Shown here: piece by piece, positions 18,900 through 29,277 of the stretch
Layout: each line of letters begins with the position of its first letter
How positions within the stretch are numbered: the stretch's first letter is position 1
Origin: Candidatus Thorarchaeota archaeon
GTDB taxonomy: Archaea > Asgardarchaeota > Thorarchaeia > Thorarchaeales > Thorarchaeaceae
Direction: 5' to 3'
NCBI GenBank assembly: GCA_048884965.1
Contig: JBHLQH010000003.1
Location: 99,304-163,303 of the forward strand
Length of the DNA: 64,000 nt
The notes under the pieces: model-generated
Told to the model about the DNA's origin: nothing
Seen by the model: the letters and a program-made list of their open reading frames with translations, nothing else
Database searches by the model: none
Program-made: the position numbers and the translations under genes

Positions 18900-19433
18900 T
18901 TGCTTGTTGGTGAAAAAGTCCGGCTTGTGCCATTAGAAGAAGAGAAGCATCTGGATCATATTATGGAACACTTCAACAATCCAGAACTGAGAGTGTTTCT
19001 TGGCGGTTATATGCCATTTACGCGCAATATCGAAAGAGAATGGATTCTGTCTGCAGAGGAAGACCAAAAGAAGCGGAAATCTTTCCACTTTGCCATTGAA
19101 ACTCACCCTGAAGGATATATGATTGGCACCCTTGGGCTACATGATATTGACTGGCTATCCAGATCCTGCACCCTTGGAATTGCGATATACGAATCCAAGT
19201 ACTGGGGGAAAGGACTTGGCACTGAGGCAATGCGGCTGTTGATTGATTTCGGTTGGACTCACCTGAATCTTAGACGTATTGAGCTAAGCGTTCATGCTTT
19301 CAATGAACGAGCGATCAAGGCATACCAGAAACTCGGGTTTGAGAGATATGGGACCGCGCATCAAAAGTACTACATGGGTGGAAGTTATGTAGATACACAT
19401 TATATGGAGCTCTTCCGAAAAATGGAAGAATAG
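18900..19433 (+). CDS. RimJ/RimL-family GNAT N-acetyltransferase
   Basis: YWGKGLGTEAM, LNLRRIELSV..FNERAIKAYQKLGF. Confidence 0.9.
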   Translation: MLVGEKVRLVPLEEEKHLDHIMEHFNNPELRVFLGGYMPFTRNIEREWILSAEEDQKKRKSFHFAIETHPEGYMIGTLGLHDIDWLSRSCTLGIAIYESKYWGKGLGTEAMRLLIDFGWTHLNLRRIELSVHAFNERAIKAYQKLGFERYGTAHQKYYMGGSYVDTHYMELFRKMEE

Positions 19434-19556
19434 GATAGGGGTCTGCTTAGGTTAACAATGTTAGGACTCCTATCGCCTGTTTCGCTGTCGCAGGGCAAAC
19501 ATTAAATCACGGGCTTTTCAACTGCCGCAGGTATCACCCGCGGAGTGAACTCAGTA

Positions 19557-22500
19557 ATGGCAGAGTCAATCAAGCCGGTTGTAGTCATTGGCGCAGGAAT
19601 TGCAGGAATGCGTGCAGCCCTGGATCTTGCTGGCATGGGCGCTAAGGTGTACATGATCGAGAGGCTACCCTCAATCGGAGGTCATATGAGCCAACTGGAT
19701 AAGACATTTCCAACGCTCGATTGTAGCATGTGTATTCAGGGACCTTGGATGGTCGATTGCTCACGTCACCCCAACATTGAGATACTTGCATATTCGAACG
19801 TCCAAGAGGTTACAGGAGCGCAGGGCGATTTCAGAGTGAAGGTCCTGAAACGTACTCGAAGAGTGAATGCTGAGAAATGTACAGGCTGCGGCGACTGTCA
19901 ACGGGTGTGCCCAATTGAAGTACCAAATGAATATGACATGGGTCTCAAGATGCGAAAGGCGTCCTATATCCCATTTCCGCAGGCAGTGCCCAATATTGCC
20001 ACAGTTGACATCGAGAATTGCATTCAATGTATGATGTGCAAGAACACCTGCAAAGCAGAGGCAATAGACTTCGATATCAAGGATGAAATCATCGAGATCA
20101 ATGCTGGCTCGATCATCGTTGCGACTGGCTATGAGTTGCTAGATCCCTCAACAGTACCTGAGTATGGATACGGTCGCTTCCCTAATGTTGTAAGTGCGCT
20201 TGAGTACGAACGGATGGTTTCAGCAAGTGGACCTACTGGAGGCGTCGTCATGCGCCCCTCTGATGGTCGCGAGCCTCACAAGATCGCATTCGTACAGTGC
20301 GTTGGTTCCAGAGATGTTAATCACTGCTCATACTGCTCTAAGATTTGCTGTACATACGCGACCAAGGAGGCCATTATCACAAAGGAGCACACTCCCGAGG
20401 TTCACATTGATATTCTTTACAACGACATGCGTGCGTTTGGCAAGGGATTCGAGGAATTCCTCGTTCGTGGCGAGAATGATTATGCAATCAACTATGTTAA
20501 GGGCCTCCCGAGTGAGATAATGGAAGACCCCTCCACTAGGGGCCTGCTGGTCCGTCATAGCAATTCAAAGGGTCATGAGGTTCTCCTTGACCACTACGAC
20601 CTAGTCGTTCTGTGCCCTGCAATGATTCCATCATCTGATACTGATGTCTTTGAGAAACTTGGCATTCAGGCTGATGACTATGGATTCCTTCATGCTGCAG
20701 GAACATTCCAGAAGACTGTTGGTACAACAGTCCCTGGCATCCACATGTGTGGAGCATGTGATGAGCCCAAGGACATACCTGACTCTGTAGCACAAGGAAG
20801 TGCTGCAGCAGCTTTAGCCGCATTAGATATCACGATTCCAAAGCCCGAGGAGGGTGAATTACTTACTGAAGCCGATCTTGAGTTGATGGCAGCAGAACCA
20901 AGGATCGGAGTAATAGTCTGTTCCTGTGGAATCAACATTGCTGGAACCGTAGACGTAGCAGAGGTCACGGAATATGCTAAGTCATTACCAAATGTCGTTT
21001 ACGCAGAGAATTTGCTCTATTCCTGTTCATCAGACTCTCAAGAAGTGATCAAGGATGCCATCAAGGAACACAAGCTCAATCGCGTTGTTGTTGCATCATG
21101 CACCCCTCGAACTCACGAGCCTCTGTTCCGAGCCACGATTGAAGAAGCAGGACTGAACAAGTACCTCTTCGACCTTGCAAATATCCGAGAACATTGTTCA
21201 TGGGTCCACCAAGCTGACAAGGATGAGGCAACCTCGAAGGCAATGGACCTTCTTAGGATGTCCGTATCCCGAGCGAAGCTTCTTGAAGCACAAGATGAGG
21301 CTGTGACCCAGATAGAACCTGTAGCCCTTGTGATAGGTGCAGGTGTGTCTGGCATCTCTGCAGCCGATGTTATCGCCAAGAAAGGATTCAAGGTATACCT
21401 CGTTGAGAGGGATGAGAAGATAGGTGGATTCCTTAACGAGCTAAGCACAGTGAATTTCAGCCATCAGCCAACATCTGAAATCATAGTTGACTTTGAGAAG
21501 AAGATCAAAAGCAACTCGAACATCGAGCTACTTCTCAATACAGAAGTAGCAGAGGCAAAGGGCTCAATTGGCGACTTCGATATCGTGCTCAAGACTGGTC
21601 GGGAGAAGAAGGAGATCAAAGTTGGAGTTGTCATCGTCGCAACTGGAGCAACTGCTTTGGAAGAGAAGGGTCTCTACGGTTTCCACAAGCTCCCTGAGGT
21701 CATGACTGAGGGTGAATTCAATAATCGTCTGGTCGCAGGTGAGGGATTCAAGGATGGCGAGACCTTTGCAGTCATCCATTGCGCAGGTTCTCGTGAAGAG
21801 GAGTCCCTTGAGGGTTCAAGGACTTGGTGCTCCGGTATCTGCTGTACCATTGCCCTTGAGCATTCGTTAGAATTACTTGAGAAATATCCAAACTCCAGAG
21901 TATTCCATCTCTACAGAGACCTTCGCGTCTTCTACAAGGTAGAGGACAAGTATAGAGAAGCACGAAAGAAAGGTGTCGTATTCCTCAGATTCGATAAAGA
22001 CGCTCCACCTGAGGTCACGAAAGGGAAGAGTAAAGAATTGCGAGTCGAGGTCATGGACCAAGTATTCGGTGCAGAGATTGGACTGGATGTTGACCATGTG
22101 GTCTTGGCCACTGCAATGGTTCCTAGGGAAAACAAGCATATCTCAGAGCTGTTCAAGGTGCCATTGAACATGTCAGGATTCTTCATGGAAGCCCATCCCA
22201 AGCTCCGACCTGTCGACTTCCAGACTGACGGTGTATTCGTATCAGGCACTGCTACAGCACCGAAGAGTATTGCAGAGTCTATCTCACAAGGACAGGCTGC
22301 TGGCTCAAGAGCTCTGATCCCTCTCATTAGAGGTATCCGAAAGGCAGAGGCCATCGTTTCAGTGGTCGATCCAGAGGTCTGTGTGGGATGTGGCACGTGT
22401 GAGATCAATTGTGCTTACAATGCAATAGAGGTCGTGCCTGGAGATGGTGGACATGACTATGCTGTGAGCAACCCGGTTCTGTGTCAGGGCTGTGGCAAAT

Positions 22501-23009
22501 GTGCTGCAGGGTGTCCTTCAGGTGCTATCACCATGAAGCACTTCACTGACGATCAGATTCTCTCACAGGTCCGTTCTGCCTTGGAGAACCTATCTCCCAC
22601 ATCACCTACCATTGTGACTATCATGTGTAACTGGTGTACCTATGCAGGAGCTGATTCTGCTGGAGTCGCCAGACTGCAGCAACCGACCAACGTCCGTGAT
22701 ATTCGTGTGATGTGTACAGGGCGTGTCAGCGTGACGCACATCCTTGAGGCGTTCCGAATGGGCGCTGATATGGTCTGGATTTCAGGGTGTCACTTTGGTG
22801 ATTGCCATTATGTAGATGGAAATGTTTCGTTCGAACGGCGTTTTGCCATCGCAAAGAAGATCATTGAGAAGGCAGGGCTTGAGACTGAGCGACTGCAATT
22901 CACGCAGATCAGTGCAAGTGAAGGGCCTATCTGGGCTGAGACTGTCAAGAAGTTCTCAGCACTTGCAGAGAAGCTGGGACCAAGTCCTTTGAGACCAAGG
23001 GGGCGATAA
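19557..23009 (+). CDS. hdrA: Tandem HdrA-HdrA-MvhD fusion flavoprotein
   Basis: GAGIAG, KTFPTLDCSMC, inserted 2x[4Fe-4S], CVGSRD...CSKICC; second module RIGVIVCSCG, GAGVSG, CAGSR...CSGICC, EAHPKLRP; C-terminal ferredoxin; MvhD motifs CNWCTYAGAD, MCTGRV, GCHFGDCHY. Confidence 0.93.
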   Translation: MAESIKPVVVIGAGIAGMRAALDLAGMGAKVYMIERLPSIGGHMSQLDKTFPTLDCSMCIQGPWMVDCSRHPNIEILAYSNVQEVTGAQGDFRVKVLKRTRRVNAEKCTGCGDCQRVCPIEVPNEYDMGLKMRKASYIPFPQAVPNIATVDIENCIQCMMCKNTCKAEAIDFDIKDEIIEINAGSIIVATGYELLDPSTVPEYGYGRFPNVVSALEYERMVSASGPTGGVVMRPSDGREPHKIAFVQCVGSRDVNHCSYCSKICCTYATKEAIITKEHTPEVHIDILYNDMRAFGKGFEEFLVRGENDYAINYVKGLPSEIMEDPSTRGLLVRHSNSKGHEVLLDHYDLVVLCPAMIPSSDTDVFEKLGIQADDYGFLHAAGTFQKTVGTTVPGIHMCGACDEPKDIPDSVAQGSAAAALAALDITIPKPEEGELLTEADLELMAAEPRIGVIVCSCGINIAGTVDVAEVTEYAKSLPNVVYAENLLYSCSSDSQEVIKDAIKEHKLNRVVVASCTPRTHEPLFRATIEEAGLNKYLFDLANIREHCSWVHQADKDEATSKAMDLLRMSVSRAKLLEAQDEAVTQIEPVALVIGAGVSGISAADVIAKKGFKVYLVERDEKIGGFLNELSTVNFSHQPTSEIIVDFEKKIKSNSNIELLLNTEVAEAKGSIGDFDIVLKTGREKKEIKVGVVIVATGATALEEKGLYGFHKLPEVMTEGEFNNRLVAGEGFKDGETFAVIHCAGSREEESLEGSRTWCSGICCTIALEHSLELLEKYPNSRVFHLYRDLRVFYKVEDKYREARKKGVVFLRFDKDAPPEVTKGKSKELRVEVMDQVFGAEIGLDVDHVVLATAMVPRENKHISELFKVPLNMSGFFMEAHPKLRPVDFQTDGVFVSGTATAPKSIAESISQGQAAGSRALIPLIRGIRKAEAIVSVVDPEVCVGCGTCEINCAYNAIEVVPGDGGHDYAVSNPVLCQGCGKCAAGCPSGAITMKHFTDDQILSQVRSALENLSPTSPTIVTIMCNWCTYAGADSAGVARLQQPTNVRDIRVMCTGRVSVTHILEAFRMGADMVWISGCHFGDCHYVDGNVSFERRFAIAKKIIEKAGLETERLQFTQISASEGPIWAETVKKFSALAEKLGPSPLRPRGR

Positions 23010-23013
23010 GAAG

Positions 23014-23532
23014 ATGTCAGAGAGTTGGGGTCAGTTCAAATCCTTTGAAGGAAAGAAATTCGAAGCATTGGACAAGAAGTTCACAGAAGAGGCTTCCAAA
23101 TTGATTGGCGGACAGGACCTTTCCGCTTGCTTCCAGTGTGCGAAATGTTCTGCCGGCTGTCCAGTTAGTGATAAGGTGAATATCCAGATCCATGAGGTCA
23201 TGCGAATGCTCCTCTTTGGGCTCAAAGAGGTCTTGGACACTGACATGGTCTGGCTATGCACGACTTGCTATACATGCCAAGAGCGTTGTCCACAGGGCAT
23301 TGACATCACTGATATCCTATTTGGGCTCAAGAATATGGCATTCAAAGTCGGTAAGTCACCTCCTGGCTACGTTTCGGCTAGACAAGGCTTGTATGATACA
23401 GGTAGACTGTATCCGCCAACGGACTGGGAGCGTGAGGACCTAGAGCTTGATGAGGTTCCAGAGTTGAACATCGAAGATACCAAGAAGGTACTAGACAAGA
23501 TGGGTTTGATGAAGCTTAGGGAGGACGATTAA
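23014..23532 (+). CDS. hdrC: Heterodisulfide reductase subunit C, copy 3
   Basis: CFQCAKCSAGCP, WLCTTCYTCQERCP. Confidence 0.93.
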   Translation: MSESWGQFKSFEGKKFEALDKKFTEEASKLIGGQDLSACFQCAKCSAGCPVSDKVNIQIHEVMRMLLFGLKEVLDTDMVWLCTTCYTCQERCPQGIDITDILFGLKNMAFKVGKSPPGYVSARQGLYDTGRLYPPTDWEREDLELDEVPELNIEDTKKVLDKMGLMKLREDD

Positions 23533-24408
23533 ATGACTCAATCATACGAAGTATTCCTTGGATGCGCTATTCCAAATCGATTCAATAACTACGAATCCTC
23601 CATGCGACTTGTCGCAAAAGAGCTGGGTATCGAGCTCATTGACTTTGAGGGAGCCTCCTGTTGTGGTACTGTTGTCCTCAAGTCAATCGATGAGGAGAAT
23701 TGGCTTGCTCTCTCAGGTAGAAACATTGCTCTCGCAGAGAGCCGAGGTCATGATATCGTCACTCCATGTAACGGGTGTTTCGGCTCTCTAAAGGACACCA
23801 ACCATGTTCTACATGACAGTGAAGAGCATCGAGCAAAGATAAACAAGGCATTGAAAGAAGTTGGCCTAGAATTCACGGGTAAAGCAAAGGTACGTCACTT
23901 CGTAGAGGTTCTCTACGATATGAAGGAAGAGATCAAGGAGAAGATCGTCAATCCCCTTGATGGTCTACGCATCGCATTCCATCCCGGATGTCACCTCCTA
24001 CGGCCCTCCAAAGTTGCGGGTTTTGATGATCCAGAGCTGCCCAGAAAGGTAGACGAGCTTTTGGAGCTGACTGGCGCAAAGAGCGTTCCATGGAACCTAA
24101 AACTACGCTGTTGCGGCTCCCCACTTCTCATCGCCAGTGAGAATGTCGCAACACAGATCATCATGGAGAAGAACTCCTCAGCAATCGAGGCTGGTGCCAA
24201 TTGCGTTGTCACCAACTGCCCTGCATGCCATACCCAGTTCGATGTTCAAGCTCTTGGTCTTAAGGATGAGAAAGACCAGTCCTTGGAACTCCCCGCGCTA
24301 TTCGTCACTCAGGTGCTTGGTGCAGCTATGAATCTAGATCGTGAGAAGCTTGGATTCGAATTGAATAGGGTCTCGCTCGCACCGATTGAGGATATCTTGG
24401 GATTGTAG
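23533..24408 (+). CDS. hdrB: Heterodisulfide reductase subunit B, copy 3
   Basis: FLGC, SCCG, PCNGC, HPGCH, CCGS, CPAC. Confidence 0.93.
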   Translation: MTQSYEVFLGCAIPNRFNNYESSMRLVAKELGIELIDFEGASCCGTVVLKSIDEENWLALSGRNIALAESRGHDIVTPCNGCFGSLKDTNHVLHDSEEHRAKINKALKEVGLEFTGKAKVRHFVEVLYDMKEEIKEKIVNPLDGLRIAFHPGCHLLRPSKVAGFDDPELPRKVDELLELTGAKSVPWNLKLRCCGSPLLIASENVATQIIMEKNSSAIEAGANCVVTNCPACHTQFDVQALGLKDEKDQSLELPALFVTQVLGAAMNLDREKLGFELNRVSLAPIEDILGL

Positions 24409-24467
24409 GCATCCTCGTGCTAAATGCTTCCTGTGAATGGAGTGACAATCTCTCCTCCCACATCCTC

Positions 24468-24818
24468 TCAAATATGTGTAGAACGCGTGGGTACGAGCGA
24501 GTTCTTTTGCATGAGAGTATAGTTAGGATGATAGACGTCCTTTACATCAACTTCCCAAGCGCCACCTAAGGTGCCAGATATCTCGATGGCCGCAAAGCCA
24601 TCCCTATTTGTCAGAGTACTAAGAGAAACACTCTCTCCATCTGGGTCTTGGATTCGTATTCTGACTCGGGCGTGTTCTATTGGTGTTGAGCATCTATCCA
24701 CTATCCTGACAAGGGTTTGGAGATAGTGCTCTGCCTTGCTGTATGATTTGAGAAAATCGATTGATTCGACCTTCATCTCAGTACATCTAGGTTTTCCCAT
24801 TCGCCCCATATGCGACAC
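24468..24818 (-). CDS. Small Ig-like/carboxypeptidase-regulatory-like beta-sandwich protein
   Basis: VRIVD...PIEHARV.I....PDG......TNRDGFA pattern. Confidence 0.6.
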   Translation of the reverse strand: MSHMGRMGKPRCTEMKVESIDFLKSYSKAEHYLQTLVRIVDRCSTPIEHARVRIRIQDPDGESVSLSTLTNRDGFAAIEISGTLGGAWEVDVKDVYHPNYTLMQKNSLVPTRSTHI

Positions 24819-24940
24819 TCTTCGGTATAATAGTAAATAGATGGGGTATATATATTTACTTTTCTACCACCAATAGTCGCGGCCTCAAGAGAGATACCGC
24901 ACGATAGAAAGACAAATGGATCATGCGAGACTGAGAATTC

Positions 24941-25522
24941 CTAGTTTTCTGGCTTTATCTTGCTCTTCCCGTAGAAAAGCTCGCCAAGCCGTTTCATGGC
25001 ATCCCTGACGCAATCTTTGTTGCCGCTCACCTGTAGATGCCTATCTCCATCTAATTGAATCAGTACCCCACAATCCTCTGCAATCTCACCAACGGTTTCT
25101 ACTGGTATATCTTCGGGTAGCTTGATTCTGAAGAATCCAATATCTTTCTCTCTTGGTAACTCAGAGATGTGCACAGGTGTGTCTTCAATCGTAGGTACTA
25201 TACGCCCGTCAAGTGAGTCCTGAAATCTCTGCTCCCATTCCTTTCTGATGTCGACTCCATTCTTCTCTTCCATCCATACCATCATGGTCTCTCTGAGTCG
25301 AAGGATTCTGAGTTCAAGCTCCTCTCGAAGCTGTTGGTCTGCCTGGGAATGCGCAATATCCTCTTGAAACGATCTCAGGTATTCTATTGACATCTTCGAG
25401 TTTCTAAGGTCGGCAAAGGTCAGGTCTGGGATGAACACTCCTGAGGATTGTAGCTCTCCGAGGAGGTCATTCAGGACCATCCACGCAGCATAGAGTCCAT
25501 CCAGAGATACCATCCAGATCAC
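24941..25522 (-). CDS. DUF2096-like archaeal protein, translationally coupled to hdrA
   Basis: WMVLNDLLGEL...G..IP...L pattern and C-terminal alpha/beta domain; start overlaps the hdrA stop. Confidence 0.7.
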   Translation of the reverse strand: MIWMVSLDGLYAAWMVLNDLLGELQSSGVFIPDLTFADLRNSKMSIEYLRSFQEDIAHSQADQQLREELELRILRLRETMMVWMEEKNGVDIRKEWEQRFQDSLDGRIVPTIEDTPVHISELPREKDIGFFRIKLPEDIPVETVGEIAEDCGVLIQLDGDRHLQVSGNKDCVRDAMKRLGELFYGKSKIKPEN

Positions 25523-28500
25523 TCCTTGAGCATCTCTTCGACCTCATCAAGGAAGCTCCTCTCACGCCACCATCGAAGGTCTCGCGCGCCTGTTGGGCAG
25601 ATGGCAGTACATGCTCCGCACCCCTCGCACTTCATCTCATCAGTCACGCTCTTCTTGACTCCGGGAGTACGTTCGATCATCGATACTGCATCATAGGGGC
25701 AGATCTCTGAGTAGTGACACAGGTCGCAACCAACACAGAGGTCCTCATCCACTTCTGCAGTCAGAAGCTCAATTGCTACTGTGCCAAGGTTCAATGGGAT
25801 GGTTGCAGCGCTTGCTGCTCCTCGTGCTTGATTGACTGAATCCTGAACGTTCTTTGCGTAGGTGACTCCTAGGAATACTCCAGGCACCGTCGTTTCGACT
25901 GGGCGATACTTCATGTGCATCTCTGCAAGGAAACCGTCTTGTCCCCTATTGATGCCTATCGCCTTTGAAAGCCCATCCACGTCGTGTGGGGCTTCAAGCC
26001 CTAGTGCAAGAACTACCATGTTAGAGCGAATCTTGAAGGTTTCTTGTGACAATGTGTCATAAATCGTAACAATGGCCTCATCTGAGTCAGGAGCCTTCTC
26101 CACAGTTATAGGCTTCTCGCGTATCCATCGGAGATAGGAAACGCCATGCCGTCTGTTCTCACGCCACATCTCCTCCATTCCATTCGCATAGGGCCTGATG
26201 TGCTCCTTATACGCTGAGAATATCTTGATGTCCGGGAACAACTCCCTGAGCTCATTCTGCATGGATATGACTGCAGAACAACAGACTCTCGAGCAATACC
26301 TATTGCCTTCTCCGGGTGATTGACGAGAACCAACACAATGGATGAATATTGGGTTCTTTGGCGGCTTCTTCAACTCCCCGGCTTTCAGCATCTTCTCAAG
26401 CTGCAGGGTCGAGATGACAGCTGGGACTTGATTCCACCCGTACTCTTCTTCCTTAGGCTCATAGACATCCGTACCTATTGTAATCACAATTGTTCCAACA
26501 CGATAGACTGACTCTTCCTCTGTTTCGACATTCATAACGGTGATATCGTAGTTACCATAGGAGCCATCACGTTTCATTGGTATCGTGTTGAATAGGACCT
26601 TGATTCTCTTCTCTTTCTCAACTCTACTTTTCAGGTCATCAACGATATCTTGTGAGCTCTCCATCTTTGGGAATAGGCGATAGAGCTCATTGAGTCGTCC
26701 ACCTAGTTTGTCCTGTTTCTCTACAAGGATGACCTCAAAGCCTTTCCTTGCAATATCAAGTGCTGCAGTCATTCCAGACACGCCCCCACCCACTACCATT
26801 GTAGCTCGTGTTACTTCTACTTCCTTCAGGGGGATGTCCTCGTTGTTGATGGCCTTAGCAACAGCACTACGAATCATGTCCTGAGCTTTTTCCTGTCGCT
26901 CCTCTCGCGGTGCCTTTGTGTGTACAAGTGCAAGATGCTCTCTAAGACCGACAGGTCCTACGAGATAATATGGTGACAATCCTGCTGCCTCTAGGGCACG
27001 TCTAAACGTCGCCTCATGTTGTAGGGGTGAGCAAGATCCCACTACAACTCGATTGAGTTTGTGCTCTTTGATTGCCTGAGTCACTAGTTCCTGTCCCGGA
27101 TCGCTGCACATGAAGATGTAGTCAGTGCTGTATGCAACGTTCGGAAGGTCCTTTGCCCAATCTGCCAGCCCTGGGGAGCTGATCTCATTTCCAATGATAC
27201 CACCACAATGGCATATGAACACACCAACTCTCGGCTCCTCGGTGATTTCAGCTGGCTCTATCACTTCCTTCTCAGGGGGCACGGGAATTGGCAGGATGGA
27301 ATGAGCTACCATTGCTGCTCCCTTTCCCTCATTCACAGTATCAGTACCATCCCTGGGACCATGGGCGCAACCGGCAACATAGACCCCCGCTCGACTGGTT
27401 TCCAGACCATGAGCGTTGGAATGCTTCTCCTTGATCCAGCCGTTCTCATCAAGCTCGATATTGAGGATTCTCGCAAGATCTTCGTTCTCTGGGTGCGGTC
27501 TGAAGCTAGAGTTCAGGACCACCATGGAAATGTTGTCTATCTCAATGATCTTGCCATTGTCCGTATCTTCCATCTTCACGAATAAGTCATGGGTATCTGG
27601 GTCCTCGCTGATCTCCGCGACACGACCCCTGATGAAATCGATTCCCTGATTGTGTTGACTGTCCCACAGGAACTCCTCAAGCGCCTTTCCAGCAGTCCTC
27701 ATATCCATGTAGGTATAGATGATCTCACAATGGTCCTCAGGATAGTGCATTCTGGTGACTTGTGCTAGCTTTGCGCCGAATGAACAACAGACCTTGTTAC
27801 AATGATGAGCATAACCAGAAATATTCTCACGAACATCCCTACTTCCAACGCAGTTCACAAAGAGGATCTTCTCAGGTTCCTTTCCATCCGATGGCCTGAC
27901 CATGTGTGAGTCGGTCGGTCCAGTTGGGTGCGACTGCCTGTCATATTCTAAGGAGGTGACGACGTTGGGGTAGATCCCATAGCCATACTCACCATAGTCA
28001 TTCGGTTTGTACTCCTTGAATCCTGTCGCAACGATGATTGAACCAACATCTAGGTCATAGACCTTGTCCTCATCATCATACATGATGCAATCCTGTGGAC
28101 AGACCCCTGCGCAAGTACCACATCCAATGCATGCTTCCCTGTCAATGGTCGCGATGAGAGGGACCTGCTGGGGGAAGTTCATGTAGATTGCTTTTCGCAA
28201 TGAGAGACCTTCGTCATAGTCATTTGGTACTTCGACTGGACATGAGCGGATGCACAGCTGACATCCGGTGCATTTGTCCGCGTTCACATACCGCGCTCTC
28301 TTTCGGACCGTGACAGTAAAGTCACCTGCACGACCTGAAACCTTCTCCACCTGGGAGAGAGGATGAACTGTGATGTTTGGATGCTTTCCGACATAGGATG
28401 TGAGGGGAGTCATGACGCAGGCTGAACACTCTAAAGCAGGGAATATCTTGTAAACAGCAACGTAATTGCCACCGATATTCACAGACTTCTCTATGATATG

Positions 28501-28623
28501 TGCACGATGGCCTCCTTCCGCAAGGGCGATTGCCGCGTTGATTCCAGCCATTCCGCCACCGATGACGAGTACATCAGTAGGCTTTGAAGGAACATCCGAC
28601 TTTGGTGCTGATTCGCTGACCAT
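25519..28623 (-). CDS. hdrA: Tandem HdrA-HdrA flavoprotein (no MvhD)
   Basis: GGGMAG, KIFPALECSAC, 2x[4Fe-4S] insert, CVGSRD...CNKVCC; RVGVFICHCG, GGGVSG, CVGSR...CSRVCC, EMHMKYRP; C-terminal ferredoxin. Confidence 0.93.
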   Translation of the reverse strand: MVSESAPKSDVPSKPTDVLVIGGGMAGINAAIALAEGGHRAHIIEKSVNIGGNYVAVYKIFPALECSACVMTPLTSYVGKHPNITVHPLSQVEKVSGRAGDFTVTVRKRARYVNADKCTGCQLCIRSCPVEVPNDYDEGLSLRKAIYMNFPQQVPLIATIDREACIGCGTCAGVCPQDCIMYDDEDKVYDLDVGSIIVATGFKEYKPNDYGEYGYGIYPNVVTSLEYDRQSHPTGPTDSHMVRPSDGKEPEKILFVNCVGSRDVRENISGYAHHCNKVCCSFGAKLAQVTRMHYPEDHCEIIYTYMDMRTAGKALEEFLWDSQHNQGIDFIRGRVAEISEDPDTHDLFVKMEDTDNGKIIEIDNISMVVLNSSFRPHPENEDLARILNIELDENGWIKEKHSNAHGLETSRAGVYVAGCAHGPRDGTDTVNEGKGAAMVAHSILPIPVPPEKEVIEPAEITEEPRVGVFICHCGGIIGNEISSPGLADWAKDLPNVAYSTDYIFMCSDPGQELVTQAIKEHKLNRVVVGSCSPLQHEATFRRALEAAGLSPYYLVGPVGLREHLALVHTKAPREERQEKAQDMIRSAVAKAINNEDIPLKEVEVTRATMVVGGGVSGMTAALDIARKGFEVILVEKQDKLGGRLNELYRLFPKMESSQDIVDDLKSRVEKEKRIKVLFNTIPMKRDGSYGNYDITVMNVETEEESVYRVGTIVITIGTDVYEPKEEEYGWNQVPAVISTLQLEKMLKAGELKKPPKNPIFIHCVGSRQSPGEGNRYCSRVCCSAVISMQNELRELFPDIKIFSAYKEHIRPYANGMEEMWRENRRHGVSYLRWIREKPITVEKAPDSDEAIVTIYDTLSQETFKIRSNMVVLALGLEAPHDVDGLSKAIGINRGQDGFLAEMHMKYRPVETTVPGVFLGVTYAKNVQDSVNQARGAASAATIPLNLGTVAIELLTAEVDEDLCVGCDLCHYSEICPYDAVSMIERTPGVKKSVTDEMKCEGCGACTAICPTGARDLRWWRERSFLDEVEEMLKE

Positions 28624-28785
28624 GAAACAAGTCTCCAGCAGGGATTACAACGAAGGCGTGGTCGATTTGAACGATATAATCTTTCTGTCTTGACATCATT
28701 CGGCCTTTACGTTGTTAAGATTGAACTCCATGCCTTCTTCTCTCTAGAAAGTGGAAATCAGGGCCAAGAGCATTGCGTCAACAGA

Positions 28786-29202
28786 TTATCTACAATCTTT
28801 GCATGTAGTATAGAGATCCAAACGTTGTCCTACAGCTGTTGTACCAACTAATTCAACAATCTCGTTCCATTTGATTTCTATATCTTTAGACTCATAGTCC
28901 CAAATTCTGCCGCATTGCTGACATATCACATTTACGTGGACTGAGGTATTTGGATCATACCTTGATGAGTTCTCATAACGTAATTCCTGTACCAGATTCA
29001 ATTCAATCAACATATCCATTGTAAGATAGATCGTATTCATGCTAATGGTTGGATGCGTTTTCGAGATTTCAGTACGAATCTCTTCTACAGTAGGATGTTT
29101 GTCACTGGCTAAAACATACAAACAGATTGCAAGCCGCTGAGGTGTAACTTTATACCCTTTGTCACGTAGTAGCGTGATTAGTTGGTCTTTGGTTACTTTC
29201 AT
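28786..29202 (-). CDS. perR: Fur-family regulator, PerR-like
   Basis: VTPQRLAI, HPT, TIY, RYD, HVNVICQQCG..D, CKDC; divergent from catalase. Confidence 0.85.
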   Translation of the reverse strand: MKVTKDQLITLLRDKGYKVTPQRLAICLYVLASDKHPTVEEIRTEISKTHPTISMNTIYLTMDMLIELNLVQELRYENSSRYDPNTSVHVNVICQQCGRIWDYESKDIEIKWNEIVELVGTTAVGQRLDLYTTCKDCR

Positions 29203-29277
29203 AGTCTTGCATCCATTTGGTCTAATTATACCGTCTTTTTAATCCTTTATCACCTGAACAAAAGCATTAAATGAAAC

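Noticed and set aside
19557-28623. Selenocysteine recoding in HdrA/MvhD, known in some Asgard archaea
   Set aside because: Both ORFs are uninterrupted, with Cys at the relevant motifs and no in-frame TGA.
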